A program made the translations under genes and the position numbers. 62,006 nucleotides of DNA from Parcubacteria group bacterium (lineage in GTDB: Bacteria > Patescibacteriota > Minisyncoccia > Moranbacterales > UBA2206): contig JBAYWF010000007.1 in assembly GCA_041674205.1 (NCBI GenBank), positions 1-62,006 of the forward strand, written 5' to 3'. Each line of letters opens with the position of its first letter. Position 1 is the first letter of the stretch. The notes beneath the pieces are model-generated. The model ran no database searches. It worked only from the letters and a program-made list of their open reading frames with translations, and had not been told where the DNA came from. Shown here piece after piece: positions 8,874 to 18,672 of the stretch.

Positions 8874-9935
8874 TTATTTTTGCATTCTGAGTTTGATATC
8901 TTCTTCGATCAGCGCGTTGATGATGTCATCGAGGCCGCCTTCCAGGATACCGTGGATGTTGCTCCAATTCTGTTTGATGCGATGGTCGGTGATGCGGTCT
9001 TGCGGGAAATTGTAGGTCCGGATCTTCTCACTGCGGTCGCCGGTTCCGATTTGGCTTCTTCTGGCGTCGCCCAATTCTTTACTCCGGCGGTCTTCTTCAA
9101 TCTGTTTGAGGCGCGAGCGCAAAACTTTCATGGCTTTTTCTTTGTTTTTGATCTGGGATTTTTCATCTTGGCAGGAAACGATAAGTCCGGTCGGGATATG
9201 GGTCAGGCGCACGGCGCTTTTGGTGGTATTGACGGACTGTCCGCCGGGACCGGAAGAACAGAAAGTATCCACGCGGATATCGTTGTCATCCAGCTTGAAA
9301 TCCATTTCCTCGGCTTCCGGCAAAACGGCTACGGTCGAAGTGGAAGTGTGGACCCGGCCGTTCTTTTCGGTTTCCGGAATCCTTTGCACCCGGTGGACGC
9401 CCGATTCGAATTTCATTTTGCCATAGGCGCCGAGCCCGTTTATTTCAAAAGTTACTTCCTTGTAGCCGCCGACGCCGGTGACGTTGGAATTGAGAAGTGC
9501 CACGCGCCAGCCGTTTTTTTCGGCGAAGCGGGCGTACATCCGGAAAAGTTCGGTGGAAAACAAAGCGGATTCGTCCCCGCCGGCTCCGGCGCGGATTTCC
9601 ACGATGATGTTCTTATTATCATTTGGATCTTTAGGGATAAGTATCGATTCCAGCTCTTTTTCGAGTTTTTCCTTTTTTTCGGCGAGCCCTATGTTTTCGT
9701 CCATCGCCATTTGTTTCATTTCGGCATCCTCGTCGGTATTGATGATTTCCGCGTTATCTTTCATAGTCGTTTCCATTTTTTCCAGAGCTTCTATCTTGGC
9801 GATAGTGTCGGAAAGTTCCGCTTGCCTTTTGCCCAGTTGGGCCATTTTGGCCATATCGGAAAACAGCTCAGGCGAATTGAGCTGGGCTGATATTCCGGCG
9901 TATTCTTTTTTGATTTCTTCTATGAGGGGATTCAT
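8874..9935 (-). CDS. prfA: peptide chain release factor 1
   Basis: GGQ motif ([11 protein letters not shown]) and an RF1-type block [15 protein letters not shown], which aligns to the PxT tripeptide region. Confidence 0.9.
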   Translation of the reverse strand: MNPLIEEIKKEYAGISAQLNSPELFSDMAKMAQLGKRQAELSDTIAKIEALEKMETTMKDNAEIINTDEDAEMKQMAMDENIGLAEKKEKLEKELESILIPKDPNDNKNIIVEIRAGAGGDESALFSTELFRMYARFAEKNGWRVALLNSNVTGVGGYKEVTFEINGLGAYGKMKFESGVHRVQRIPETEKNGRVHTSTSTVAVLPEAEEMDFKLDDNDIRVDTFCSSGPGGQSVNTTKSAVRLTHIPTGLIVSCQDEKSQIKNKEKAMKVLRSRLKQIEEDRRSKELGDARRSQIGTGDRSEKIRTYNFPQDRITDHRIKQNWSNIHGILEGGLDDIINALIEEDIKLRMQK

Positions 9936-10045
9936 ATTTTTCGGCCTTGAAAAAAGTTTTACTTCAAAACCTTAGTGTATTATAATGTAGACGCGCGCTA
10001 AAGTCAAAAGGTCCGGGTCGTGATTAATTTTTTTAAATCAAAATT

Positions 10046-10543
10046 ATGGAGAATATGGATAGAGTTGCTTCCAGTGGTTCTAATGGTCTGGAAATCAACG
10101 GGATCATATTGGGGATGGAAAAAGAAAGCTGGAAAAGTTTATCCGATAAGGCTGGCGGATTGAAAAGCGGCAAACCGGCAGAACCGGGGAGCGCCGGTAT
10201 GGATTTGGATTTAAGTATGGAAAACGATATTTTTAATGGGTCTGATGGAGCAAGTAATAGCAGGGCGGATGAATTCGCTTTTAGCAAAGAGGGTCTCGGC
10301 CGTAATTATGAAGAAGAAACGCGGAAAATTTTCAATTTAGTGAATAAGTTGGTGGATTCTTTCGTGTCCGCCATCAAAATAATGGAGGATAAGGAAGCGA
10401 TAAGGGAACGCGGCGGGGAAATCAAGAGGGAATTGTCGAGCCATCTGGAAATTCTAGGGAATGACGAAGATTTTTCGGAAGCGAGGAATAAGATCAATGC
10501 CGGCATCGAACAGATTGAAAAGATGATGCAGTATCGAAATTGA
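10046..10543 (+). CDS. hypothetical protein
   Basis: 165-aa ORF with ATG start and TGA stop, followed by a terminator. No family recognised. Confidence 0.5.
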   Translation: MENMDRVASSGSNGLEINGIILGMEKESWKSLSDKAGGLKSGKPAEPGSAGMDLDLSMENDIFNGSDGASNSRADEFAFSKEGLGRNYEEETRKIFNLVNKLVDSFVSAIKIMEDKEAIRERGGEIKRELSSHLEILGNDEDFSEARNKINAGIEQIEKMMQYRN

Positions 10544-10623
10544 ATAAGCGGACTGGATCAATCCTATCGATTCATGCGTGTCCGTTGGATGGTTTGTACG
10601 GTATCTTGGAAGATTTGCAAAAT

Positions 10624-10657
10624 AAAAAAGGATAATCCGCGCGGACTATCCTTTTTT
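10624..10657. terminator. bidirectional intrinsic terminator
   Basis: AAAAAGGATAaTCCGCGCGGAcTATCCTTTTTT hairpin between convergent genes. Confidence 0.6.
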
Positions 10658-10678
10658 ATTTTTTTCGTGACTGCTTTG

Positions 10679-13600
10679 TCAGGATTCTTTATGTTCGAAA
10701 AGATAATAGAAGATCGGGAAGACCAACAAGGTGAGTAATGTGGAAGCGGTGAGGCCAAAGACGATCGCCCAAGCCAAGCCTTCCCAAACCGGATCGCTGA
10801 CGATCGTGAGCGAGCCGAGGATGGCGGTAAGGGAGGTGAGAATGATCGGCAGAAGACGGATGCGTCCGGTTTCGACCAGCGCGTCTTTGAGCGGCAAACC
10901 TTTCCGGCGGAGCGGTTCCAGATATTCCAGATAAATGATGGCGTTTTTGACCGCCAAGCCTGACAGGGCGATGACGCCGATCATCGAGGTCGCGTTGAAA
11001 TAGGTGCCTTTGATGAATCCCAAGACGGCGAATCCAGGCAAAACTCCGATGAGCGAAAGCGGGATGCTGCCCATAATCAGAAGGGGAACGACTAATGATT
11101 CAGTTTGTGCGGCGACGACGAAATAAATCAGGAACATCACCAAAGCCATCACGATACCTAGGTCGCGGAAAACTTCCAAGGTCAATTTCCACTCGCCATC
11201 GATCATAACGGAATATTGCTCGCCATTTCCCATATCAGTGTAGGTGACTCCGAACGGAGTCCAAGTGGCTTTGGTTTCTTCCGCACCCGGCAATTTATAA
11301 TCCAATAATTTCGGAAAAATATCCAGAACGGCATAGACTACGCTGCGGTTTTCCATCTCAGCTGACAAGGAAACCGTTTTTTGCCGTTCATCGGTATAAA
11401 TCATACTTTCAATTTTGGAATCGGTCGCAACCAGGAGTTCTGAAACGGGAATTGGCGTACCGTCGCTGCTCGGCACTGTCAACCGATTCAAGTCTTCTTG
11501 AAATTTACGGTCTTCTTTATCCAAACGGACTATGATTTGTTCTTCGTCGCTTTCCCGTCCGAGCGTGTTGTCTCGGCGGTTATATAAACCGACAGGCATT
11601 CCGTGCAATTCAAGAGATAGGACTTGGTTGACGCTGGATGGCGCGATGCCCAGCTGTTGGCACTTCTCTGTATTGATGCGGTAAGTGGCGTTGGCGTTTT
11701 GTTCCGGTATGGACGTATCGATATCGACAACGCCTTTTTCTTCGGTGATGGTTTCTCTCAAATCCCGGGCTATAGCGGTGATTTTCTCGGTATTTTCCCC
11801 GTGGACTTTCAGGAATAAGGTAGCCTGGACCGGAGGTCCCGGCGGATCTTCGACGATTTTAATATTGGCATCCGGATGCAGGTTTGAAAAATCTTGGGAA
11901 ATCGTCCTGACTTTGGAAGCGATTTCTTCGCTGGTTGAATCCCTGGACTCAGGCTTGGTCAGATTTATTTTCAAAGTCGCTTGGTTTTCTTGGATGCGGA
12001 ATGAGCTGCCCTTGAAAAGCCCGTTGAAATCGACTACCTGCGACTCTCCGACAAAACTTTCCACGCTCTCAATGTTTTCCTGGGGCAGAATCAATTTTTC
12101 CAATTCCACCGTAAGCGTATCGGTTTTCTCGATAGCCGTTCCGTTCGGAAGATCCAAATATAGATAAAATTGTTCTTTGTCGGCCTTGGGAAGCATACGG
12201 AATTTCACGATCTTAAATAATGGCAATGAAAGGGATATTATGACGGCCAAGGCTGTCCCGGCCAAGAATATCCTCCGAGACTTCGCATTATCAAGTAGAA
12301 ACCCGATCGTTCTGGCATAGACCGATTCGACCCGCTGGATTATCCGGCCGATGATGTTCGGTTTTTCATCTTGCGCTTTCTCTTTGACAAGAAGATGCGC
12401 GAAAAACGGATTGAGCGTAACGGCGAAAAGCAGGGAGGCCGCCAGGGCGACCGGTACGAAAAAAGGAATCGGTCCGATGTATGGTCCCATCATCCCGGTA
12501 ACGAAAGCCATCGGCACGAAAGCCAATATCATAGTGAGCGTCGACATAAAAAGGGCTGAGCCGACTTCATCAACGGCTCGGACTACGGTTTCGGTCTTGC
12601 TGAGCCCGAGTTTCATCCGAAAATAGCGGTTGATGTTTTCCACCACTACGATCGCGTCATCCACCAATAATCCAAGGGAAAGGATGAGGGCGAAAAGGGT
12701 GATGCGGTTGATCGTTTGTCCAAATAGGTCGCCTATCGCAAAAACCGCGAAAAGTATGAGAGGAATGACCAATGAAACGATAAGGGCGCTGCGGAAACCA
12801 AGGATCAGGAAAAGGACCGCACCGACTATGGCGATTGATTTTATAAGTTCGATGGAAAGATTGGTGATTTCCTCATCGGCGGTCGCGCCTTCGTTGCGGA
12901 GGATTTGCGTTTTGATTTCTTGCGGGATTGATGCTTCTTTGGCTTCATCCAATTTTGCGATAATCGCGTTGGCGACAGTGGTGGCATTGGTGCCTTTTAA
13001 TTTAGAAATGGCTATATGGACGACCGGTTTCGCTTCATCGATATTTTCTTTTTCACGCAAACGGACGTAATCGGTTATTTCTCCCGGGCCATAGGTCACG
13101 GTGGCAACATCGGCGACCCGGATGACTGAAGAACCCTGCGCGCGGACTATGATATTTTCCAATTCCTGGGTGTCACTGATGTTTCCATCCACCGTCAAAA
13201 CCGCGTTATAATCGTTGTTTCTAAGCGTGTGTACGCCATAGGTGCCATTGGCGGATTGGATGGCTTGGGTGACTTCGAAGGGGGAAACTTTCAAAGCTAC
13301 CAGTTTTCCGGCTTCAAGATCCACATTAAGATTGTTTATGCGTCCGCCTTTGATTTCGATTTTGGAAGTTCCTGGAACCTGTTTGAGATTGTCGGCGATA
13401 TCATTGGCGGCTTTGCGGAGACCTGCCTCGGAAAATTTATCGGAAGTAAGTCCGATGGAAATTATGGGCACATCTTCCGGATCCATCGTTTGGACTATCG
13501 GATCGGAAGCGCCGGCAGGTTTTAGTTGGGCGTTATCGCGCAGTTTTTGCGTGAGGGTAATTTTGGCCTTTTCCAAATCCGAGCCGACGTAGAACTTTAC

Positions 13601-13912
13601 CATAACCATGCTTTTTCCGCCTGAGAATGATTGGGAAGATATTTCATCCACTTCCGGGATCTCTTTGATAGTATCCTCCATCCGGCGGGTAACCAATTCG
13701 AAGACTTCTTGGCTGGTGGCGTTGGGCAGATCAGTGGAAATGATGAAAGCCGGAGCGACGATTTCAGGATTGTATTGTTTTGGCATCAGGATGAAACTGA
13801 CGATGCCCCAGGCGGCTATGATAAGTATGGAAAGGATGCTCAACTCTCTATTTTTCAGGAAGAGACGCGTTATTTTGCCTGAGATTCCGAGTGTATTTTT
13901 TTCAGTGTCCAT
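10679..13912 (-). CDS. RND superfamily efflux transporter (AcrB/HAE-type inner-membrane pump)
   Basis: 1077 aa with a 12-TM, two-large-loop architecture. Typical AcrB-family TM4/TM10 regions (LGLLVDDAIVVVENI, GLAVKNAIIYLEY). Confidence 0.9.
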   Translation of the reverse strand: MDTEKNTLGISGKITRLFLKNRELSILSILIIAAWGIVSFILMPKQYNPEIVAPAFIISTDLPNATSQEVFELVTRRMEDTIKEIPEVDEISSQSFSGGKSMVMVKFYVGSDLEKAKITLTQKLRDNAQLKPAGASDPIVQTMDPEDVPIISIGLTSDKFSEAGLRKAANDIADNLKQVPGTSKIEIKGGRINNLNVDLEAGKLVALKVSPFEVTQAIQSANGTYGVHTLRNNDYNAVLTVDGNISDTQELENIIVRAQGSSVIRVADVATVTYGPGEITDYVRLREKENIDEAKPVVHIAISKLKGTNATTVANAIIAKLDEAKEASIPQEIKTQILRNEGATADEEITNLSIELIKSIAIVGAVLFLILGFRSALIVSLVIPLILFAVFAIGDLFGQTINRITLFALILSLGLLVDDAIVVVENINRYFRMKLGLSKTETVVRAVDEVGSALFMSTLTMILAFVPMAFVTGMMGPYIGPIPFFVPVALAASLLFAVTLNPFFAHLLVKEKAQDEKPNIIGRIIQRVESVYARTIGFLLDNAKSRRIFLAGTALAVIISLSLPLFKIVKFRMLPKADKEQFYLYLDLPNGTAIEKTDTLTVELEKLILPQENIESVESFVGESQVVDFNGLFKGSSFRIQENQATLKINLTKPESRDSTSEEIASKVRTISQDFSNLHPDANIKIVEDPPGPPVQATLFLKVHGENTEKITAIARDLRETITEEKGVVDIDTSIPEQNANATYRINTEKCQQLGIAPSSVNQVLSLELHGMPVGLYNRRDNTLGRESDEEQIIVRLDKEDRKFQEDLNRLTVPSSDGTPIPVSELLVATDSKIESMIYTDERQKTVSLSAEMENRSVVYAVLDIFPKLLDYKLPGAEETKATWTPFGVTYTDMGNGEQYSVMIDGEWKLTLEVFRDLGIVMALVMFLIYFVVAAQTESLVVPLLIMGSIPLSLIGVLPGFAVLGFIKGTYFNATSMIGVIALSGLAVKNAIIYLEYLEPLRRKGLPLKDALVETGRIRLLPIILTSLTAILGSLTIVSDPVWEGLAWAIVFGLTASTLLTLLVFPIFYYLFEHKES

Positions 13913-13925
13913 AATCTAGGTAAAA

Positions 13926-15071
13926 TTAATAAATTATCGGATTGTTGTCGCTGATTTCATAGATGCCTTGCGTGATTATGGTTTCTCCGGGTTGCAAGCC
14001 TGAAATGATTTCCGTTTTGCTTGCGGCCGTCGCTCCCGTGACGACATTTTTTTTGTGAGCTATGTTGTTCTCAACGGTAAAAACGAAAGAATCGCCGAAT
14101 TCATGCAAGATGGAACTTTCCGGGATTGCCAGAGCTTCCTTCGGTTGGGAGAGCGGGAAATCGGCGCAGACATAATCTCCGATTGAAACGGAAGTTTCTG
14201 CGGGATTTTCCATACGCAAGCGGACGATGCCGTTCGGGCTTCCGAAATTCAAAAAAGGGTTTTTAGCGAAAACGAAACCGATAGTTGCAAGCGAGCCTTT
14301 TTTAGTGATGCTGATTTTTTGATTAGGAGAAAGTTTTTCGATTATCGACTTCGGGGCGCTTAATTCGATTTCAATCGTTCCAGGGGCGGAAAGGGAATAG
14401 ACCGGCATTCCTGCGGAGATGAACGATCCGACGGTCGTATGCTTCTGGGTGATCGTGCCGGAGAAAGGAGCGCGGATAGTTTGTTTTTGGGCATAGCTGC
14501 CGGCCACCAGGCTTTGGCCTTCAGCTCCGGAGACCTGGACGCGGGCCGTGGCTATTTGCAGGTCGCGGGCGCGCTTGGCGCTATCGACAGCTTCTTCAGC
14601 CAACTTGACGTCTTCTTTAGTCGCGTCCCCGCTATCGAAACTCGCTTTGCTTTTTTTGAGGGCGACCTTGGCTTCATCGACTTTCTGCTCATAAAGCTTT
14701 TTGGTGTCGGTATAAATCTTGTTTGAATCCTGGGCTACCTTGGATGAGCTGCTGACTTGCGCGTCAAGGATAGAATTGTCCACGATGGCGACTATTTCTC
14801 CGGCGCGGACAGTTTCACCTTCGTTTTTGAAGAGTTTTTGGACGGTGCCGTTTATTTCAGGCATGATTTCCGCCCGTTGGGCGCCGGTGGCAAACCCGCA
14901 ATAGGGGCTTTGGGGCGAAAAATCCGCAAGGCTGATTTCGGCTACGCTTACTTTTTTGGCGGAATCAGTATCGGCGGCATCCGTGTTTTTGGCGGATGGA
15001 CGCATAAATATAAAAGTGGCGGAAACGGCGGAAACGGCCGCGAGCGTCAGGAAGATTTTCTTCTTCGACAT
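13926..15071 (-). CDS. efflux RND periplasmic adaptor (membrane fusion protein, HlyD family)
   Basis: Signal/anchor, lipoyl-like and coiled-coil segments, beta-barrel C-terminus. Lies 14 nt upstream of the RND pump. Confidence 0.85.
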   Translation of the reverse strand: MSKKKIFLTLAAVSAVSATFIFMRPSAKNTDAADTDSAKKVSVAEISLADFSPQSPYCGFATGAQRAEIMPEINGTVQKLFKNEGETVRAGEIVAIVDNSILDAQVSSSSKVAQDSNKIYTDTKKLYEQKVDEAKVALKKSKASFDSGDATKEDVKLAEEAVDSAKRARDLQIATARVQVSGAEGQSLVAGSYAQKQTIRAPFSGTITQKHTTVGSFISAGMPVYSLSAPGTIEIELSAPKSIIEKLSPNQKISITKKGSLATIGFVFAKNPFLNFGSPNGIVRLRMENPAETSVSIGDYVCADFPLSQPKEALAIPESSILHEFGDSFVFTVENNIAHKKNVVTGATAASKTEIISGLQPGETIITQGIYEISDNNPIIY

Positions 15072-15100
15072 AATGTTTGTTTAGGCTGATTATAAAAAAA

Positions 15101-15382
15101 TTATTTATTCTGCGCGGTGCGGACTATTTTCAATATTTCCGTATGCATCGACTCGAGTTCGCGGCGGGATATTTTTTTATCAGGATCGATATGCTGGTCT
15201 ATGTAACTTTCCAGCATCAGGAGATTGGTGTTTTTCAGGAGTCCGATGATAGCCAGGTTCTGCTGGATGATCAAAAAACAATCCTTTCCCTGGTCAACCA
15301 TCGGGATGATTTTTTCCAGAGAGGCTGACGCTTTTTTCAGGGCGATGGCGATGCGTTCTTTGTTGTTGGTCGATTTTTTCAT
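15101..15382 (-). CDS. metal-sensing transcriptional repressor, CsoR/RcnR (DUF156) family
   Basis: 93-aa all-helical protein with the family layout (LKKASASLEKI..MV..GKDCFLIIQQ..AI.G.L). First gene of the efflux operon. Confidence 0.7.
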   Translation of the reverse strand: MKKSTNNKERIAIALKKASASLEKIIPMVDQGKDCFLIIQQNLAIIGLLKNTNLLMLESYIDQHIDPDKKISRRELESMHTEILKIVRTAQNK

Positions 15383-15403
15383 AATGGGAAGATAAATTAT
15401 TTA

Positions 15404-15430
15404 TATACCTATACCTATGGTGTAGGTATA
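15404..15430. promoter_or_regulatory. palindromic operator candidate TATACCTATACC-TAT-GGTGTAGGTATA
   Basis: 12-bp arms with 1 mismatch, 22 nt upstream of the CsoR-like start. It overlaps a TATAAT on the + strand facing the divergent methyltransferase gene. Confidence 0.45.
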
Positions 15431-15527
15431 ATACTACGGCGGGCGCCGCTTGTCAAATAATCGGCCAAACAGGCCCGGGATGATTGCCGGGATGGCCAGA
15501 AAGAAGGTTTTTTGTTAGGATTGGGGT

Positions 15528-16460
15528 ATGATGGATCATAGGGCAGAAAACAAATTAAGTTTGGAAATATTGGAAAATCCGTTACGAATTTTGGAAAGTG
15601 CGGCTGTTTCAGAAGCGCTGAAAAAACATTGGATCGGCAACCATGAGAATCTCACTCGGCCGGAAAAATTCGTGGCGGAGTTTTTTGCATATCTGGAAGT
15701 TGCCGCCAGACAGGGCGGGATTCCGGCGCAGGAAATCAAAAAATACTATAAAAAGAAACTTAAGGAATATCGGGATGAAGATCTGGCAGCAGAAAAACCG
15801 GGTGATATGTTTTTGGAAATGCTGCAAGGTGACTTGGCGGGAATCGGAACCGTTTTGGATTTCGGTTGCGGCAAACTGGTGTTTCTTAAAAATATGGCCG
15901 AGCAATATGGAAATATCGAAAAAATGATCGGCATCGATCCCAAGAGCCAGCCGGATTTGGATGGCTTGGATCCGCGCATCGGATTCGCGCGGAGCTTGGA
16001 GGTCATTGCGGAGGCGTCGGTGGATTTGGCAGTTATCAAATTGGTTTTGCATCACTTGGATGGCGATCGGGAGGCGCAAACTATCTTTAAAAAACTCAGG
16101 CGGGTCTTGCGGCCAGGCGGCAAACTGGTCGTTTTTGAAGAATCTTTTCCGGCTGCGCCTTGTGAAGCTATGGAAATTGGAAATTATTCAGCCGGATTCA
16201 ATTTGGAAATGGCGGAAGTGACGCAGGATTTTTTAGGATTGTCGGAGGAAGAAAAAATCCATTTTCTTTTCTTGAACGATTGGTTGATGAATCTGCAGAA
16301 CCCCTATATGCCCTGGACGGGTTTATACAAACCAATGGAAGATTGGATTGGACTGATCGAATCGGCCGGCTTTGAAAAACGATCTGCGCATTTTTTGGGC
16401 GCCATAAAACATCGGAAAAGGAAACAGGGAATGACGGCGATGCTGACTTTCTTCCGGTAG
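15528..16460 (+). CDS. class I SAM-dependent methyltransferase
   Basis: Motif I VLDFGCGKL and motif post-II/III LRPGGKLVVFE. Confidence 0.75.
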   Translation: MMDHRAENKLSLEILENPLRILESAAVSEALKKHWIGNHENLTRPEKFVAEFFAYLEVAARQGGIPAQEIKKYYKKKLKEYRDEDLAAEKPGDMFLEMLQGDLAGIGTVLDFGCGKLVFLKNMAEQYGNIEKMIGIDPKSQPDLDGLDPRIGFARSLEVIAEASVDLAVIKLVLHHLDGDREAQTIFKKLRRVLRPGGKLVVFEESFPAAPCEAMEIGNYSAGFNLEMAEVTQDFLGLSEEEKIHFLFLNDWLMNLQNPYMPWTGLYKPMEDWIGLIESAGFEKRSAHFLGAIKHRKRKQGMTAMLTFFR

Positions 16461-16466
16461 GCCAAA

Positions 16467-16491
16467 CAAAAAACTCCTTGCGGAGTTTTTT
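16467..16491. terminator. bidirectional intrinsic terminator
   Basis: AAAAAACTCC-ttgc-GGAGTTTTTT. Confidence 0.6.
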
Positions 16492-16511
16492 GAATATCGC
16501 TCGAAGTAGGA

Positions 16512-16772
16512 TTATTTCTTGTTTTTGGCGACGCGAGGAGCTTTCTTTTTGGCGTCCACTTTTTTAGTGGCGGCTTTTTCAGCCAGTTTTTTGAAGCGGT
16601 CGACCCGGCCGGTCGCATCAAGATTTTTCTTCTTGCCGGTGTAGAAAGGATGGCAAGCGGCGCAAATTTCGACCTTCATTTCCTTCAAAACCGATCCGGT
16701 TTCAACGATGTGGCCGCAAGCGCAGATTATTTTCGCGTCATTATGGTAGTCTGGGTGGATCTTTTTTTTCAT
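16512..16772 (-). CDS. rpmE: 50S ribosomal protein L31 (with Lys-rich C-terminal tail)
   Basis: MKKKIHPDYH...CACGH...CAACHPFYTGK is the L31 signature. The ORF-track start at 16856 is upstream of the conserved N-terminus, so I place the start at the ATG at 16770-16772. Confidence 0.85.
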   Translation of the reverse strand: MKKKIHPDYHNDAKIICACGHIVETGSVLKEMKVEICAACHPFYTGKKKNLDATGRVDRFKKLAEKAATKKVDAKKKAPRVAKNKK

Positions 16773-16893
16773 ATGTCTGAAAATTACGAATCCCGTACGA
16801 ATTTGCAAATTGCAAATATGCCTGTACGGGTTGGAAATTATATTAATAAAAGGCATTTAAATTACTTAGACAATCTAGCATATCCTGCGGGAA

Positions 16894-16922
16894 TTGACAA
16901 GGGGTGAGGGGGCTGATATACT
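16894..16922 (+). promoter_or_regulatory. consensus sigma70 promoter (TTGACA-17-TATACT) of rpsB-tsf
   Basis: Perfect -35 and near-perfect -10 hexamers. This leaves a ~160-nt GC-rich leader before rpsB. Confidence 0.5.
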
Positions 16923-17086
16923 GGCTAGGTATAAAACACATACTTTTCGGGCCTATTCCTGCCTCTCTGCCTTTGGCGGAGCGGATTAAAAGGCCAAATC
17001 GATTCCTGTATCCTGATGGATTATGGGTCGGGCAAACGGGAAGTAGCGGTCCCTTCGGGGAAATAATAATTAAGGATTAAAAAATA

Positions 17087-17941
17087 ATGACAGAGGAACA
17101 AAAGACTGCCGTAGCGCAGGAGGGGGCGGTTGAAACTGGCGCCAAAGAATCAGCTTCAAAAACTGGCAGCGAAGACTATTTCGCTGGTTTTGATTTTGCC
17201 AATTTGGCAGTCGATATGAATATGATGCTCAAAGCCGGCGTCCATTTCGGCCATCAAAAGTCAAGAAGGAATCCGAAAATGGACGAATATATCTTCGGTA
17301 CCAGGAACGGCGTGAATATCATTGACTTGCAGAAAACGGTATCTAAACTGGGTGAAGCCGTCAAATTCATCGAAAAAACCGTTTCGGAGGGACAGGAAAT
17401 ACTTTTTATCGGAACTAAGAAACAAGTCAAAAAATTAGTGGAATCGGGAGCTAAGCGGTGCGGAGCTCCATATGTCATCGATAGATGGTTAGGCGGGACA
17501 TTTACGAATTTCAGCGCCATATCCAGCCGGACGAGATTTTTGCGCGATGGGGAAGAGAAGACGAAGCGGGGCGACTATGACAAATACACCAAGTTCGAAC
17601 AGATGAAAATAGCCGAGGAATTGGAAAGATTGGAGAGAAGGATGGGCGGAATCAAGAATATGATGAAATTGCCAGCTGCGATTTTCGTGACTGGAGTCAT
17701 CGAAGATGATTTGGCGATCAAGGAAGCGATAAAAAGGAATATCCCGATTATCGCTTTCGTGGATACGAATGTCGATCCAAGTATGATCGATTATCCTATT
17801 CCGACAAATGAAGACGCGGTTTCTTCGTTACGCTTGATGATGGCCCACATAGTGAAGGCGGTGCTGTCCGGAAAAGAAAAGGCCATGGTGTTGAAAAATT
17901 CCGCCGCTGCAGTCGCGGTAAAAACGGAAAGTAAAAATTAA
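17087..17941 (+). CDS. rpsB: 30S ribosomal protein S2 (with ~40-aa acidic N-terminal extension)
   Basis: AGVHFGHQKSRRNPKM and DRWLGGTFTNF signatures. Confidence 0.9.
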   Translation: MTEEQKTAVAQEGAVETGAKESASKTGSEDYFAGFDFANLAVDMNMMLKAGVHFGHQKSRRNPKMDEYIFGTRNGVNIIDLQKTVSKLGEAVKFIEKTVSEGQEILFIGTKKQVKKLVESGAKRCGAPYVIDRWLGGTFTNFSAISSRTRFLRDGEEKTKRGDYDKYTKFEQMKIAEELERLERRMGGIKNMMKLPAAIFVTGVIEDDLAIKEAIKRNIPIIAFVDTNVDPSMIDYPIPTNEDAVSSLRLMMAHIVKAVLSGKEKAMVLKNSAAAVAVKTESKN

Positions 17942-18021
17942 TAATAAACAATGGACGCGGCTGACGGCTGACGGAAAATTATCGGTTTCCGGCCGTTGGA
18001 AACCGGCCATTGAAAAAAAAT

Positions 18022-18606
18022 ATGGCTACATTGGAACAGATAAAAAGTTTGCGGGAAAGGACCGGCGCCGGAATCGTAGAGGTTAAGAAGGCGTTGGAAG
18101 AAGCGCAAGGCGACGATCAGAGAGCGATCGAAATTTTGCGCAAGCGCGGCCAGGAAAAGGCTATGAAAAAATCGGACCGGATCGCCGGGGAGGGAGTGAT
18201 AGTCTCATATGTGCACTCCAACGGCCGGATAGGTTCGATTGTGAAGCTTCTTTGTGAGACTGATTTCGTGGGGCGCAATGAGGAATTCAAGGCCTTGGCC
18301 CAGGATATCGCGATGCATATTACAGCGACTAATCCGAAATATCTGAAACCGGAAGATGTTCCGGCTGAAATAGTGGCTAAAGAGAGAGAAATTTGGATGG
18401 CGCAATTGGCTTCTGAGAATAAGCCCAAAGATATTATGGATACCATCCTGGCCGGCAAAGAGAAAAAATTCAGGGAAGAAAATTCCCTTTTGACCCAGTC
18501 GTTCATAAAAGATCCGGACCAAACTATCGGCGGATTGCTAACTGAAAAAATAAGCAAGATGGGGGAAAACATCCAGGTCGGTGAATTTTCCCGGCTTGAA
18601 TTATAA
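18022..18606 (+). CDS. tsf: elongation factor Ts (short form)
   Basis: UBA-like N-terminus LRERTGAGIVEVKKAL and core SYVHSNGRIGSIVKL. The ATG at 18022 is preferred over the in-frame TTG at 18010. Confidence 0.9.
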   Translation: MATLEQIKSLRERTGAGIVEVKKALEEAQGDDQRAIEILRKRGQEKAMKKSDRIAGEGVIVSYVHSNGRIGSIVKLLCETDFVGRNEEFKALAQDIAMHITATNPKYLKPEDVPAEIVAKEREIWMAQLASENKPKDIMDTILAGKEKKFREENSLLTQSFIKDPDQTIGGLLTEKISKMGENIQVGEFSRLEL

Positions 18607-18672
18607 AATGCGGATAGTTGCGAATGTATGTATGGCTTGCCCAGGTACATTTGTTCCTAGAATCGCGATAAT

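Noticed and set aside
8862-9975. Long plus-strand ORFs (8862-9890, 9106-9426, 9478-9975) opposite prfA
   Set aside because: They are antisense shadows of a highly conserved RF1 gene and have repetitive, low-complexity translations.
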